From Nitrospirota bacterium (GTDB taxonomy: Bacteria; Nitrospirota; UBA9217), in NCBI GenBank assembly GCA_963796285.1, contig CAWCKW010000012.1, forward strand, positions 672,001 through 736,000: 64,000 nucleotides of DNA, in the 5' to 3' direction. The notes under the pieces were generated by a model. The model was not told the DNA's origin and did no database searches. It saw only the letters and a list, made by a program, of their open reading frames with translations. Made by a program: the position numbers and the translations under genes. This document shows, in pieces, positions 21,945-32,277 of this stretch. Numbering within the stretch: position 1 is the stretch's first letter; every line of letters starts with the position of its first letter.

Positions 21945-22657
21945 TGCAGCTTATAGAAGGTGTTCACCATGCATCACTTATTGGAAAACATTCAGGCGAT
22001 CATCCAGAACAATCACAGCCTGGCGTTTCTGGCCGTATTTGCGGTGGTCTGATATCGGCGGCCAGTCCCTGCGTGCTTGCCGCCATACCGCTGATTATCG
22101 GATACGTGGGTGGTTATTCCGGAGGCAATAAAAAAAAGGCGGCGATCTATTCACTCGTATTCATTCTCGGTCTCTCGATCACCTTCACGGTCCTTGGCGC
22201 TGCGGCATCGGCCATGGGACAATTCCTTTCTTTCGCGGGTCAGTGGCTGTATATCGGTCTTGCAGTGATCGCCGTAACCATGGGGCTCCAGCTCATGGGT
22301 CTCATCTCGATCCCGCTGCCGTTCCAGAAAACGCGGCAGGTGAAGTCCCGTGGCCTTTGGGGTGCGTTCCTCCTCGGTCTTTTGACCGGCACGGTCTCGT
22401 CTCCCTGCGCCACGCCGGTGCTGGCCGTGATCCTTGCTTACGTTTCCACGCAGGGTGACATCCTGTACGGTGGATCGCTTCTCTTTGCGTATGCCGTGGG
22501 ACATTGCGCGTTGATCTTCATTGCGGGTCTTTCCATCGGGCTGACGGAGAGCATGGTAAGCTCGAAAGGCATTAAGAATTTCTCTCTGTACTCGAAGCGG
22601 TTCAGCGGCGCGTTGCTGATTTTGGCCGGGCTGTATATCGGTATAGTAAACTTTTGA
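21944..22657 (+). CDS. CcdA/DsbD transmembrane thiol-disulfide transporter
   Basis: SPCVLAAIP and SSPCATP motifs, six TM helices; N-terminus probably frameshifted. Confidence 0.85.
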   Translation: MQLIEGVHHASLIGKHSGDHPEQSQPGVSGRICGGLISAASPCVLAAIPLIIGYVGGYSGGNKKKAAIYSLVFILGLSITFTVLGAAASAMGQFLSFAGQWLYIGLAVIAVTMGLQLMGLISIPLPFQKTRQVKSRGLWGAFLLGLLTGTVSSPCATPVLAVILAYVSTQGDILYGGSLLFAYAVGHCALIFIAGLSIGLTESMVSSKGIKNFSLYSKRFSGALLILAGLYIGIVNF

Positions 22658-22803
22658 GGACGGGAACATGCGACAAAGAAAAATAAGGACCAAGAAACGC
22701 TTTTCAGTGATTTGCCGCTGCTGGTGGAACGGCTGGTAACTCGGTTGAGGTAATGGAGTTCAATGGTCGACGTAAACCCAACTCATCACAACGGAGGTCT
22801 GCC

Positions 22804-23412
22804 ATGAAAGAATTTAATGAGTATTTTGACACTGCAATGAAGTTTCACGGTCACAAGTGCCCGGCTATGCCGATGGGTCTGCGAGCCGGTCTTGCGGCCA
22901 TGAAAACGCTCGGCGTTGAAAGATCTAAGGACAAGGAACTTTTCGTGGAAGCGGAGACGGGCAAAGGACACGCAGCCGGATGTTTCCTGGACGGGCTCAT
23001 GACCGCCACAGGATGCACCTATGGCAAGGCGAACATCCAGAAGCTCTATTACAACAAAATGGCCTTCACGCTCATCGACGCGAAGACCGGGAAAGCGGTC
23101 CGGGTCTCTCTGAAGCCTGACTTCTTCGAGAAGGCCATGAACTCTCCCTTTGTACAGGAGAGGAAGAAGGGCGTACCGCCTCAGGATATCTCCGCAGCAA
23201 TTACGGACCCACTCGTCGATCGGATATTGGGGCTTCCCGAAGCTGATTTCTTGAATATCAGTGACGTGTTCCACAAGGACTTGAAGAAAGGATCTTCGAA
23301 CTTCGAGGTTAAACGCTGCTCGAAATGCGGCGAGGCGGTTTTCACCGACAAACTGACAAAGGCTCCTGACGGTCGGCTTCTTTGCATTCCCTGCGCTGAG
23401 CACGAAAAATAG
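22804..23412 (+). CDS. FmdE-family protein with a C-terminal zinc finger
   Basis: FHGHKCP, CFLDGL, TGCTYGK, CSKCGE...CIPC. Confidence 0.85.
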   Translation: MKEFNEYFDTAMKFHGHKCPAMPMGLRAGLAAMKTLGVERSKDKELFVEAETGKGHAAGCFLDGLMTATGCTYGKANIQKLYYNKMAFTLIDAKTGKAVRVSLKPDFFEKAMNSPFVQERKKGVPPQDISAAITDPLVDRILGLPEADFLNISDVFHKDLKKGSSNFEVKRCSKCGEAVFTDKLTKAPDGRLLCIPCAEHEK

Positions 23413-23575
23413 GGAAGCCGGTCGTACTTGTCGCGCAAAAAACAAGTTTTACAGCAGAGGTCGCAGAGAACGGAGATGTTCTCTGTTCTCAGGAGAGGTC
23501 TTTTTTCTCTGCGCTCTTTGCCTTCTTTGAGGTGAGCAGTTCTGCGCGGGTACGGCATGGCAAAAAAGGAGACCT

Positions 23576-24331
23576 ATGATGCTTACCATCAATGCAGCAG
23601 CGGCCGTCCTCGTCTTTGTCTTCACCACCGTTCTCACCATTGCGGGCGTGGGATCGGCGTTCATCGTAATACCCACATTCTACTGGCTTGGCGTACCGCT
23701 GACCGAGGCCATGGCCATCGGCCTGCTATTAAACGCCATCAGCATGACCTTCGCCTCGGCCAACTATATCCGCTACAAACTCGTCCTTTTCCGCACGGCC
23801 ATTCCGATCATCGTTCTTGCCGTCGTTTTTTCTCCCCTGGGAGCGTATTCAACACGGTACTTCCCGAAGAACATTCTGATCCTGCTCTTCGTGATCTTTC
23901 TCGTCTTTGCTGCGTCCATGATGCTTTTCTACAAGCCGAAGAAGAAAACGGAAGGGCAAGGGGATGGTGGGAAAGAACTCAAGACCGGCATCGGCTTGGG
24001 CATCGGCGCGGGGTATCTCGGCGGGCTCTTGGGAGTGGGCGGCGGAAATTTCATTGTCCCGGCTCTCGTGTGGCTTGGTGTTGACCCCAAGAAGGCATCT
24101 GCTACCACGGCTTTCATCGTCGTCTTCTCCTCACTCTCGGGCTTCTTCGGTCATGCTGCTATGGGGTCCGTAAATTGGAACCTGCTGACATTCGCTGCCG
24201 TTGGATCAATCACGGGGGCAATCCTGGGATCATGGCTCATGCATAAGAAGCTCGATGCGAACCAGGTGAAGAAGATCATCGGCATCGTGCTCTACGTGAT
24301 TGCCGCGAAGATGGCGTGGGGCTTGATGTAA
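23576..24331 (+). CDS. Sulfite exporter TauE/SafE family
   Basis: AGVGSAFIVIP and GLLGVGGGNFIVP repeats. Confidence 0.85.
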   Translation: MMLTINAAAAVLVFVFTTVLTIAGVGSAFIVIPTFYWLGVPLTEAMAIGLLLNAISMTFASANYIRYKLVLFRTAIPIIVLAVVFSPLGAYSTRYFPKNILILLFVIFLVFAASMMLFYKPKKKTEGQGDGGKELKTGIGLGIGAGYLGGLLGVGGGNFIVPALVWLGVDPKKASATTAFIVVFSSLSGFFGHAAMGSVNWNLLTFAAVGSITGAILGSWLMHKKLDANQVKKIIGIVLYVIAAKMAWGLM

Positions 24332-24400
24332 AGCAGCGAAGAATGAGGCTCTGAGGAACATTGTGACAACCTGACTGGTATTAATATTTGAAAGGACAGC

Positions 24401-25305
24401 ATGGACGATAAATCGCAAAATAGACTTTTTCTAAGTCTTCTCGTAACCATCGGCATTCTCATCGCGGAAGTGATCGGCGGCATCATGAGCCACAGCCTTG
24501 CGCTCCTGAGCGACGCGGGGCATGTGCTGACCGACGCCTTCGCGCTCGGCCTGAGCCTCATAGCGCTCCTGATCATGAAACGGCCATCAGACAACCGGGC
24601 GACCTACGGTTATCAGCGTATCGGGCTGATCGCAGCCCTTATCAACGGCGTCAGCCTTGTGGTCATTGCCATATTTATCTTTATTGAGGCGTATAAACGC
24701 TTCAATTCGCCGCCGGAAATCAACACCTCCGTCATGCTTCTCATTGCCTTTGCGGGTCTTCTCGGCAATCTCATCATGGCATGGATTCTCGGACATAAGC
24801 ATGAAGACCTGAACATGAAGAGCGTATGGCTCCATGTGCTCGGTGATACTATATCGTCGGTCGGCGTCATCGTTGCCGGGGTGGTCATAAACTTACGGAA
24901 TGGGTGCTTGCCGACACCATCGCCAGCGCAAACGTCGGCGTTATGATCATCATCGGCGGGACCCGCGTCATCAAGGAAACGCTCTGGATACTTCTCGACC
25001 TCAGTCCGGTCGGTTTTCATGCAGAGGACCTGGCAAAAACAATAGCGGAAATTCCTGAAGTGAAGGCTGTTCATGATGTCCACGTCTGGTCCATCGGGCA
25101 CGGCATCCCCGCATTTTCGGGGCACGTTCAGGTCCCTGACCAGAAGATCAGCGAGACGGATACCATAAGAAAAAAAATAGAACGTCTGCTTGTAGATCAG
25201 GGAATAAAACATGCCGTGATACAAATGGAATGCGCGGACTGCTGCAACAATGATCTCTATTGCAATGTGAACGCAGAAAACGGCCTGGCAGATCATCTGC
25301 ATTAG
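24401..25305 (+). CDS. CzcD/ZitB-type CDF Zn/Co/Cd exporter (frameshift near 24895)
   Basis: LALLSDAGHVLTD, TYGYQR, LHVLGD, VHDVHVW. Confidence 0.85.
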
Positions 25306-25333
25306 TATAAATGAGCACAAAGCGGGGTCCGTC

Positions 25334-25534
25334 ATGCAAATAGAATTTGAGCCCATAGGTTTCGTGAAAACTGATGTCGGGAAGGTCCCGAGGCACTGGT
25401 CCGTTTCCGACGCGGAAGGAGCTCTAATTATCAACGAAGAGTATGCCGCAGGGCTTAAGGACGTCAGGGCCGGACAGCGCATTATCGTCTTTGACACTGA
25501 AAAAATAAACCAAACACGTCGGTATATGTCATAA
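25334..25534 (+). pseudogene. Truncated TrmO/TsaA (YaeB-like) fragment
   Basis: FEPIGFVKT...EEYAAGLKDV...IIV, then an abrupt end. Confidence 0.55.
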
Positions 25535-25712
25535 TCTTTGTATTAAGTTATGAAGAGAGTAACGCGATGATCGATGATATGGACGGCTCATGAAGTTCAT
25601 AGGCCAAAAGATCGCGGAGGAGATCGAGCTCACACCCTCGTGCGACTATTGCGGCTTGCAGGTGGCAGGGTGTCTGGTAATTGGAGTGTTCGAAACCCTC
25701 AGGAGGTGATCC

Positions 25713-26611
25713 ATGAAGCTCTTACTTGCCACAGACGGTTCGGAATATTCTGATGGCGCGGCGCGTTTTCTGGCGCTGTTCGATTTATCGAAAACCGACG
25801 AGCTTGTGGTGCTGCACGTTATTCCCGGCGTGCCATTTCCCCACAGCGGTGGGCCTTACAACGCGGATTTGATGCTGCTCGGCGAGGAACTTGCGCCCAG
25901 GATTATTGATGCTACCACCGGACTTATGAAAGGCCTCCGGGCCAACGTGTCCACCGTAGTGACCACCGGCCATCCCGCAGAGGCCATCATCGACGTGGCC
26001 GCGCAATCCGATTCCGATATGATTGTTATGGGCAATCGGGGAATGAAGGTGATCGGCTCCCTGCTCTTGCGAGCTAACGCGGGCCGTGGCGATCAACTAT
26101 CCGCGATCCGTTCTGGTCGTCAAGCCGCCCCAGGGGAACCGGACGGCCCGCTCAAGGTGCTCTTTGCCACCGACGGCTCGGACTGCGCCAGGGAAACGGA
26201 GCGTGTCCTTTCCCTGATACCCTTTCATCCCGACACGAGCGTCACGGCTGTGTACGTCTCACTCTTGACGTATATGGACATTCCCGACCGGTTCTGTGCG
26301 GGACTGGACGAACGGTTAAAGAAGATCATGGCAGGGATGAAGGAAGCGGAAACAAAACATGCAGAGAAAGTTCTTGAGCAGGCCCGAGCACGGCTGAATG
26401 ACAAATTCCGCAACGTGGCTGTGCTGATCAGAAATGGAGATCCATCTGAACAGATACTCCAGGCAGCGCGGGAAATCCGGGCGGACTTATTGCTCTCGGA
26501 AGCAGGGGGATGCGCGGCGTCAGCGGCATGCTCGGGAGCGTAGCCCGGAACGTCCTCTCACACGCGGACTGCTCGGTTCTGATCTGCAAGCTCAAGGGAC
26601 AGACAGCTTAA
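25713..26611 (+). CDS. Tandem-domain universal stress protein (frameshifted)
   Basis: LLATDGSE, GHPAEAII, MIVMGNRG, second VLFATDGS, GSVARNVL in a shifted frame. Confidence 0.8.
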
Positions 26612-26699
26612 ACCGGCGGGGGCTGGCTTCTTTCGGCGGCTTTACGGGGATCGATGGACCCGGCCATGGGGTTTAATGCTTTATGTCAGGAGGTGAACA

Positions 26700-26933
26700 A
26701 TGAAGATCGAGGTTTGCGGTTCAGGCTGCAGTAAATGCGCGGAGCTTGAGAAGAGGGCAAAGACAGCAGTCGCGATTGCCGGCATTGATGCCACGGTGGA
26801 GCATGTCTATGATATGGGCAAAATCATTGAGCGAGGCATTTTTATGACGCCGGCGCTCGTCATTGACGGCAAGACCATGGCAAGCGGAAAAATACCGAGC
26901 GTGGAGGAAATCGCTGCTTTGCTGAGGAGGTAG
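26700..26933 (+). CDS. Small thioredoxin-like protein (MTH895 type), paralog of 18076
   Basis: IEVCGSGCSKC, TPALVIDG. Confidence 0.85.
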   Translation: MKIEVCGSGCSKCAELEKRAKTAVAIAGIDATVEHVYDMGKIIERGIFMTPALVIDGKTMASGKIPSVEEIAALLRR

Positions 26934-26934
26934 C

Positions 26935-27985
26935 ATGGATATCTATGCGATAGTTCCTCGGGTTTCGCCGCTGTTTATGATTATGTGCTTGCGCATACGC
27001 TATTTTGTCTCGTCCCCGCCTTTTTCATTGCCGGGGCAATGGCGGCGCTGATTCCCAAGGATCTGCTGCTGCCCTACCTCGGGAAAGACTCCCCAAAACA
27101 TATTGCGTACCCTCTGTGCGTTGCTTCGGGCCTTTTGCTGGCCGTATGCTCCTGTACGGTCTTACCGCTCTTTGCCGGAATAAAAAAGGGCGGCGCTGGA
27201 ATCGGTCCAGCGATAACATTTCTTTATACCGCGCCGGCAACGAACATCGTGGCCATCCTGTATACCGGCAGCCTCATCGGCTGGGACGTGGCAGCGGCAC
27301 GGATCTTTTTGTCCGTTCTGTTCGCTGTTTCGATCGGCATGATCGTCAGTAAGATGTTTCACGAGGATGAGGCGGCGCAGGCCTCGGATACCTTTGTCAG
27401 AAGCTCAACGAGCCACGACATCAGGCGGTTGGTTTATCTTTTCAGCGCCCTTATCGGCATATTGCTGGTCGGGACGCGGGTGAGCGTACCTTGGATCAAG
27501 TATGTGATCGTGCTCCTTTTGATCGGCATGAGCGCCGCGATCGCAAAAAAATTCTTTAGCAAAGAAGAAATAGAAAGCTGGATGAGAGAAGCGTGGGGTT
27601 TTGCTAAAACAATCGCCCCGCTTCTTCTTGTTGGTGTATTCGTTTCAGGCATGGTCAAGGTCTTATTGCCCCAGGAGTTTGTTACGACCTACATGGGATC
27701 AAATTCCCTGACCGCCCTGATCATCCCCGTTCTTTTCGGTGTGCTCGTGTATTTCCCGACGCTGGTTGAGGTGCCGATGGCAAAGGTCTTTCTCGATCTC
27801 GGCATGGGAAAGGCCCGCTCATGGCCTATCTTCTCGCGGATCCCGTGCTTTCGCTTCCGAGCATCCTGGTTGTCAGCAAGATCATGGGGACCAAACGAAC
27901 GGTTGCGTATGTATGCCTGATCATCGTATTCACAGTCTTCGGTGGAGATCTCTTGGGGCTACTATCGTCTCAACATTGAAATAAC
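26935..27985 (+). CDS. DUF318/ArsP-family permease (frameshifted at both ends)
   Basis: CLVPAFFIAG, LAVCSCTVLP, YFPTLVEVP. Confidence 0.8.
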
Positions 27986-28093
27986 AAAGCAGGGGTCTTT
28001 CTGTATACCGGATATCACTTCGAACCCGGAAATGATTAACTGTGGCGGAGTTTCTGCCGCTTATTTCGGCGTGCATATCTAAGGGAGGCGACG

Positions 28094-28408
28094 ATGGAAC
28101 CAAACGTGAAATCATGGCACGGCATATCCCGTGAAACGATTGCATGGAACCCGACGGTGGATGAAAAGAAGTGCATCGGCTGCGGCATCTGCGTCACCGG
28201 CTGCGGCAGGAAGGTCTATGGATTCGACTATGAGCGGAAAAAGCCGGTGGTGCTGAGACCGTCCATGCATGGTGGCGTGCGTGACCTGCGCGAATACCTG
28301 CCTGCAGGATGCGATAAGCTTTCCGACGGTGGAGAGCCCAGGGAGCTTCTCGAGAAGGAGAAAGCGCTTGCCGGGCAATGGAGGATTGAAAGAGCAGAGC
28401 AGAAGTGA
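28094..28408 (+). CDS. 4Fe-4S dicluster ferredoxin (frameshift near 28265)
   Basis: CIGCGICVTGC; second motif CMVACVTCANTC in a shifted frame. Confidence 0.75.
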   Translation: MEPNVKSWHGISRETIAWNPTVDEKKCIGCGICVTGCGRKVYGFDYERKKPVVLRPSMHGGVRDLREYLPAGCDKLSDGGEPRELLEKEKALAGQWRIERAEQK

Positions 28409-28424
28409 AGGCGGCGCCGAAACA

Positions 28425-28650
28425 TGATGATACCGTTTTGCAGGCATCGAAATCGGATGCTCGGCTTGCTGCGCTTCTCGATGAGGCCCGCGAGTACGCA
28501 CAGATCTACTCCTAGAAAAACAGAGGCACAAGGGCTGTGAGGGTACTGCAGAACTCAGTACCTTGCGCGAGGAATTTCGGACGCGATCGGGAAATAGTGA
28601 AATACTGCAGGAGAAGTGCTATGCGTGCGATCTCAACGCCGAGGAGTTGA
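28425..28650 (+). pseudogene. Remnant of a small unknown protein (paralog of 31659-31925)
   Basis: RLAALLDEAREYAQIY..KQRHKGCEG.AEL..LREEF, read across a frameshift. Confidence 0.45.
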
Positions 28651-28696
28651 TGCTGCGGCGCGTGAACTGACATCCGGAGCGAGCAGGAGGTGATCC

Positions 28697-29587
28697 ATGA
28701 AGTTATTGCTTGCAACTGACGGTTCTGAACGCTCGGAAGGGGCAACGCGTTTCTGAGCGCAGTTAGATTTATGGCACTGGATCACATAACGGGTGCAGGC
28801 AGTGCAACGCGTTCGCCCTTTGGGGCGCTCCCTTTAGGCCATATGAGCTCGGCGAGGAAATAGCGCCCGCCATCATTAGATGCGACAGCCGGAATTCTGA
28901 AAAACGCTGGGGCGAACATATCCACTGCGGTGACTGAGGCCATCACGCTGACGCCGCTTCTCGCTATGGCAGCGGAGGCAGACCATGATTTGATCGTCAT
29001 GGGGAACAGGGGAATGAAGGCGATAGGGGCACTGCTGCTCGGGAGCGTGACACGGGCCATGGCCGTCGGCTGCTGAAATCCGTTCTGGTCGTCAAACCGC
29101 CCAGGGGAAACCCGGCGGACCGCTCAAGGTACTATGTAGCCACTGACGGTTCGGACTGCGCAGGGAAACGGAGAAACTTCTGGTTTTGATTTCCTTTCCG
29201 GGGAATACGGCCTTGACGGCAATGTACGTCATCGCTGCGACGTATACTGCGATGCCGGACAGGTTCTATCCGGAAATGGACAATCGGATCGAGAAGATCA
29301 TCGCTGGCATGAAAGGGGTAGAATCGAAACATGCTGAGGAGGTCTTGGAGCAGGCCCGAACAGTTCTGAAGGATAAATTCCGTAACGTGGCGACTATGAT
29401 GAAGAGCGGAGACCCATCAGAGCAGATACTCAAGCGGCGAGGGAAACAGGGCGGACATCATCGCGATCGGAAGCAGGGGCATGCGCGGCGTGCGTGGCAT
29501 GCTCGGGAGTGTGGCCGGAACATCCTCGGCAATGCAGACTGTTCGGTGCTTATCTGTAAAGCGAAGCAGCCAGCAGGGAAATATTGA
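28697..29587 (+). pseudogene. Degenerate second copy of the tandem USP gene
   Basis: Same RBS and start context as 25713 (CAGGAGGTGATCCATGAAG); LATDGSE, LIVMGNRG, DKFRNVA...GDPSEQIL; many indels and stops. Confidence 0.75.
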
Positions 29588-29624
29588 ATATCACATTACA
29601 AACCGGCTCAAAGGAGGCAACAAA

Positions 29625-30082
29625 ATGAGAAGAAAAAGCATCATAAGTTTGGTCATCTTAGTATCATTGGTTTTTACCGTATCAACCGCTCTCGCAGGTC
29701 CCTGGAAAGGCTAGCACGGAAGCGGCGGCTGGGGCATGAATGACTACTACCAGAGGAACTATAACCCCGCTACGGTAGAGACGATATCAGGCACGTGGAA
29801 AGCGTGGACAAGGTTACGCCCATGAAGGGTATGTACTCAGGCGTCCATGTCATGCTCAAAACGGACAAGGAGACGATCTCCGTTCAACTCGGTCCAGAAT
29901 GGTCTATCGAAAGACTCGATACGAAGATCGTGAAGGGCGATACAATCGAGGTCAAAGGATCGCGGGTGATGTTCGCGGACAAACCCGCGATCGTCGCCGC
30001 CGAGGTTCACAAGGGCGACAGCACACTCGTGCTGAGAGACGTCTCGGGAATCCCCGCATGGGCCGGGTGGGGGCGGTGGTAG
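29625..30082 (+). pseudogene. Exported OB-fold-like protein, interrupted by a TAG at ~29712 and a frameshift
   Basis: Signal peptide, YNPATVETISG, VQLGP.W, GDTIEVKGSRV, LRD..G.PAW. Confidence 0.55.
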
Positions 30083-30251
30083 AGGGACAGGCAGCTCTGC
30101 TCTGAGCCGGGGCAGGGCCGCTTTTGCTACGGAGCGCTTGAGGAGATCACTCAACAAGGACAATGAAATCGTCTGAATATTTCTTATCATAAGAACAGGA
30201 CGCTGCTGTAGCTGCGGTCTTAATAGCTTTTGTCATCCAAACAAGCACGAG

Positions 30252-30710
30252 ATGAAAACCTTGGTACGTTCAACGATGAACTACTTCATACCGAGAAGAT
30301 TCTGGTACGGGCTTTACCTCTACAACATAGTCGGCCGCTTTTTGCGCTCCTGGCCGGCAAGCCCCTGCCGGGAAGAGGCTTCTGGTGGGAATTCTCGTCG
30401 GCCTGGGGTTTATGAGCATAACGACGATGGGGATGGAGTTTGCCTGACGGCCGCTTCAAGAAAGCCACGGCCCCTTCGGCATCGACATCGTCTACTACTT
30501 CCACAAGTATGTCGGCTTGTTATCTGCGGGATCATCGTTGTCCATCCTGCGATCATTTTTCTCACGCACCCGGCTACCATTGCGCTCCTGGAGACCGGTG
30601 ACGACACCGCTGAGCCTAAGGCCGGCATCATCTCGGCGCTGGCCGTCGTTTCCCTGAGCACTGTGACGGTTTTGAGGCGACGGTTCAAACATCAAGTGCG
30701 ATGGCTCGGA
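30252..30710 (+). pseudogene. Ferric-reductase-like transmembrane protein fragment
   Basis: Shifted-frame segments GRGFWWEFSSALGF, LTARF, PFGIDIVYYFH. Confidence 0.5.
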
Positions 30711-30814
30711 GGTAAGACAGGTGCCCCCAAATTTAATAGGTCCGCTCCGAGGACGTACGGGGTTTGGGTAAAAATTTGAATCAAAGATTCTCGCTTGGTC
30801 CCCATGCGGAAATT

Positions 30815-30905
30815 TAGCCAGGCGACCGAGTCCGAGGGTGAAGCATTTCGGACTGTCTGAGCCCGAAGGGCGAGTTTCCGAAATGTACCGAGGACGACCG
30901 AGCAT
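30815..30905. repeat. REP/MITE-like palindromic element
   Basis: CATTTCGGA-CTGTCTGAGCCCGAAGGGCGAGTT-TCCGAAATG hairpin at the junction of two gene fragments. Confidence 0.45.
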
Positions 30906-30976
30906 GGCGTAAAGAATTTTCGCCGGGTATTGCGGACGATGCTCCTTTACACGACACCCTCCTGATACGAAAGGAT

Positions 30977-31241
30977 ATGAACGAGTGCATTCGCGGTCTT
31001 GTGAACGACCTGCCTGAAAATTATCGCGCTGTATTGGTGCTTGGCGATTTGGAGGGTTTCACCAATGCCGAGATCGGCGACGTTCTTGGAATGTCTCTCG
31101 ATACTGTCAAGATACGGCTGCACCGTGCCCGGTTGCAGCTTAAGCAAGGTAATGGACCAGGCGTGCCATCTCTACCATGATAAGCGCGATGAGCTGTCCT
31201 GCGACCGGAAAACGGCGACGCTTGTCTTCAAAAATAGGTAA
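30977..31241 (+). pseudogene. ECF sigma factor C-terminal (region 4) remnant
   Basis: MNECIRGLVNDLPENYRAVLVL.DLEG.TNAEI..LG.SLDTVKIRLHRAR; region 2 absent. Confidence 0.7.
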
Positions 31242-31304
31242 GAGGCGGTGTATCCTTTTCCGGCCAACCTCCGTCTAAGAGAGTAAAAGAGGAGGTATCA
31301 CATT

Positions 31305-31565
31305 ATGAAGCTCGACACCCGGATCAAGGAATTAATCGCCGTAGGAGCATCAGTAACAGCCAACTGTAAGCCCTGTCTTTAGGTCACCTTTCTTGGGCAT
31401 GCAAGTAAAGGGGACGAAGATGAGGAAATCGCCGTTGCCGTTGCGGTGGCGAAGGCAGTGAGAAAAGGAGCTGCGGCAAAGATGGACGACTTTGCAGCCG
31501 GACTCGGAGCAGCGGCGGAAACGGCTGAGTGCGGCGCGGGTCAGAGTTGCGGATGCTCTGCCTGA
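31305..31565 (+). pseudogene. AhpD/carboxymuconolactone-decarboxylase family protein, disrupted
   Basis: KELIAVGASVTANCKPCL, then TAG/frameshift; strong AGGAGG RBS. Confidence 0.65.
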
Positions 31566-31658
31566 GGAAGCTGCTTAGCTTGTGTCCGGGCCGGTAGTTG
31601 CCGTGCCGGCCCGGACTGGCCGTGATCGGATGTGTTCGAGAGGAAATCAGCGGTACTA

Positions 31659-31925
31659 TGCTTGAAACTATTTTAAATGCATAAATCGGATGGTCGTCTT
31701 ACGGCGCTGGTAGACGAAGCCCGGGAATACGCACAGGTCTATCTTCTCGCGAAGCAGCGGCACAAAGGCTGTAACGGAACAGGCGAACTCATGACCCTAA
31801 AGAGGAATTCAAAGAGTTGTCGACAAGATGATTCTATATTGCAAGAAGAATAATCAACTATCCAGTGATTGCAACTATGATACAGATTCGTTTGCTGACG
31901 CGCTTGTGAAGATAATCGGAAAATG
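31659..31925 (+). pseudogene. Remnant of a small unknown protein (paralog of 28425-28650)
   Basis: RLTALVDEAREYAQVYLLAKQRHKGCNGTGELMTL. Confidence 0.45.
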
Positions 31926-32002
31926 ATCGAGCTCATCGAGAGGTGATAGTTACTCTGAGGGGTGAGCACAAGAATATGGTATAAATGAATATCACAGTCA
32001 CG

Positions 32003-32087
32003 TGAAAAAGGATTAACTCACTGAGTTAACCCTTTGTGATTTTGGATATACAAAAGGGATCGAACCCCCGACCCCAAGACTGCCAGC
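32003..32087 (-). mobile_element. tRNA-Ala 3' fragment plus terminator (att-like site)
   Basis: 32056-32087 matches tRNA 41409-41440 with one mismatch and ends just past the anticodon loop; hairpin AAAGGATTAACTCA-C-TGAGTTAACCCTTT. Confidence 0.8.
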
Positions 32088-32277
32088 GGAATCCTCGTAG
32101 TTCATAAGCATTCTCTGCCTTTCCCTTTCCTTGTTTTGCTTACCCTTGCATTCAGGATTAAGAATAGGTTTTCCGTATTTTATCTTCTGTTTCCGTCCTC
32201 TTCTGAATCACGAATTGCACGATATTAGTGGGCAACAGGCGCGGGGTACGGTTCAACAATAAATTGTTAATGCATAA

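Noticed and set aside
29712-29714. In-frame TAG as pyrrolysine
   Set aside because: It is better explained as a TGG-to-TAG change in a gene that also has a frameshift, within a decayed region; no pyl genes are visible.
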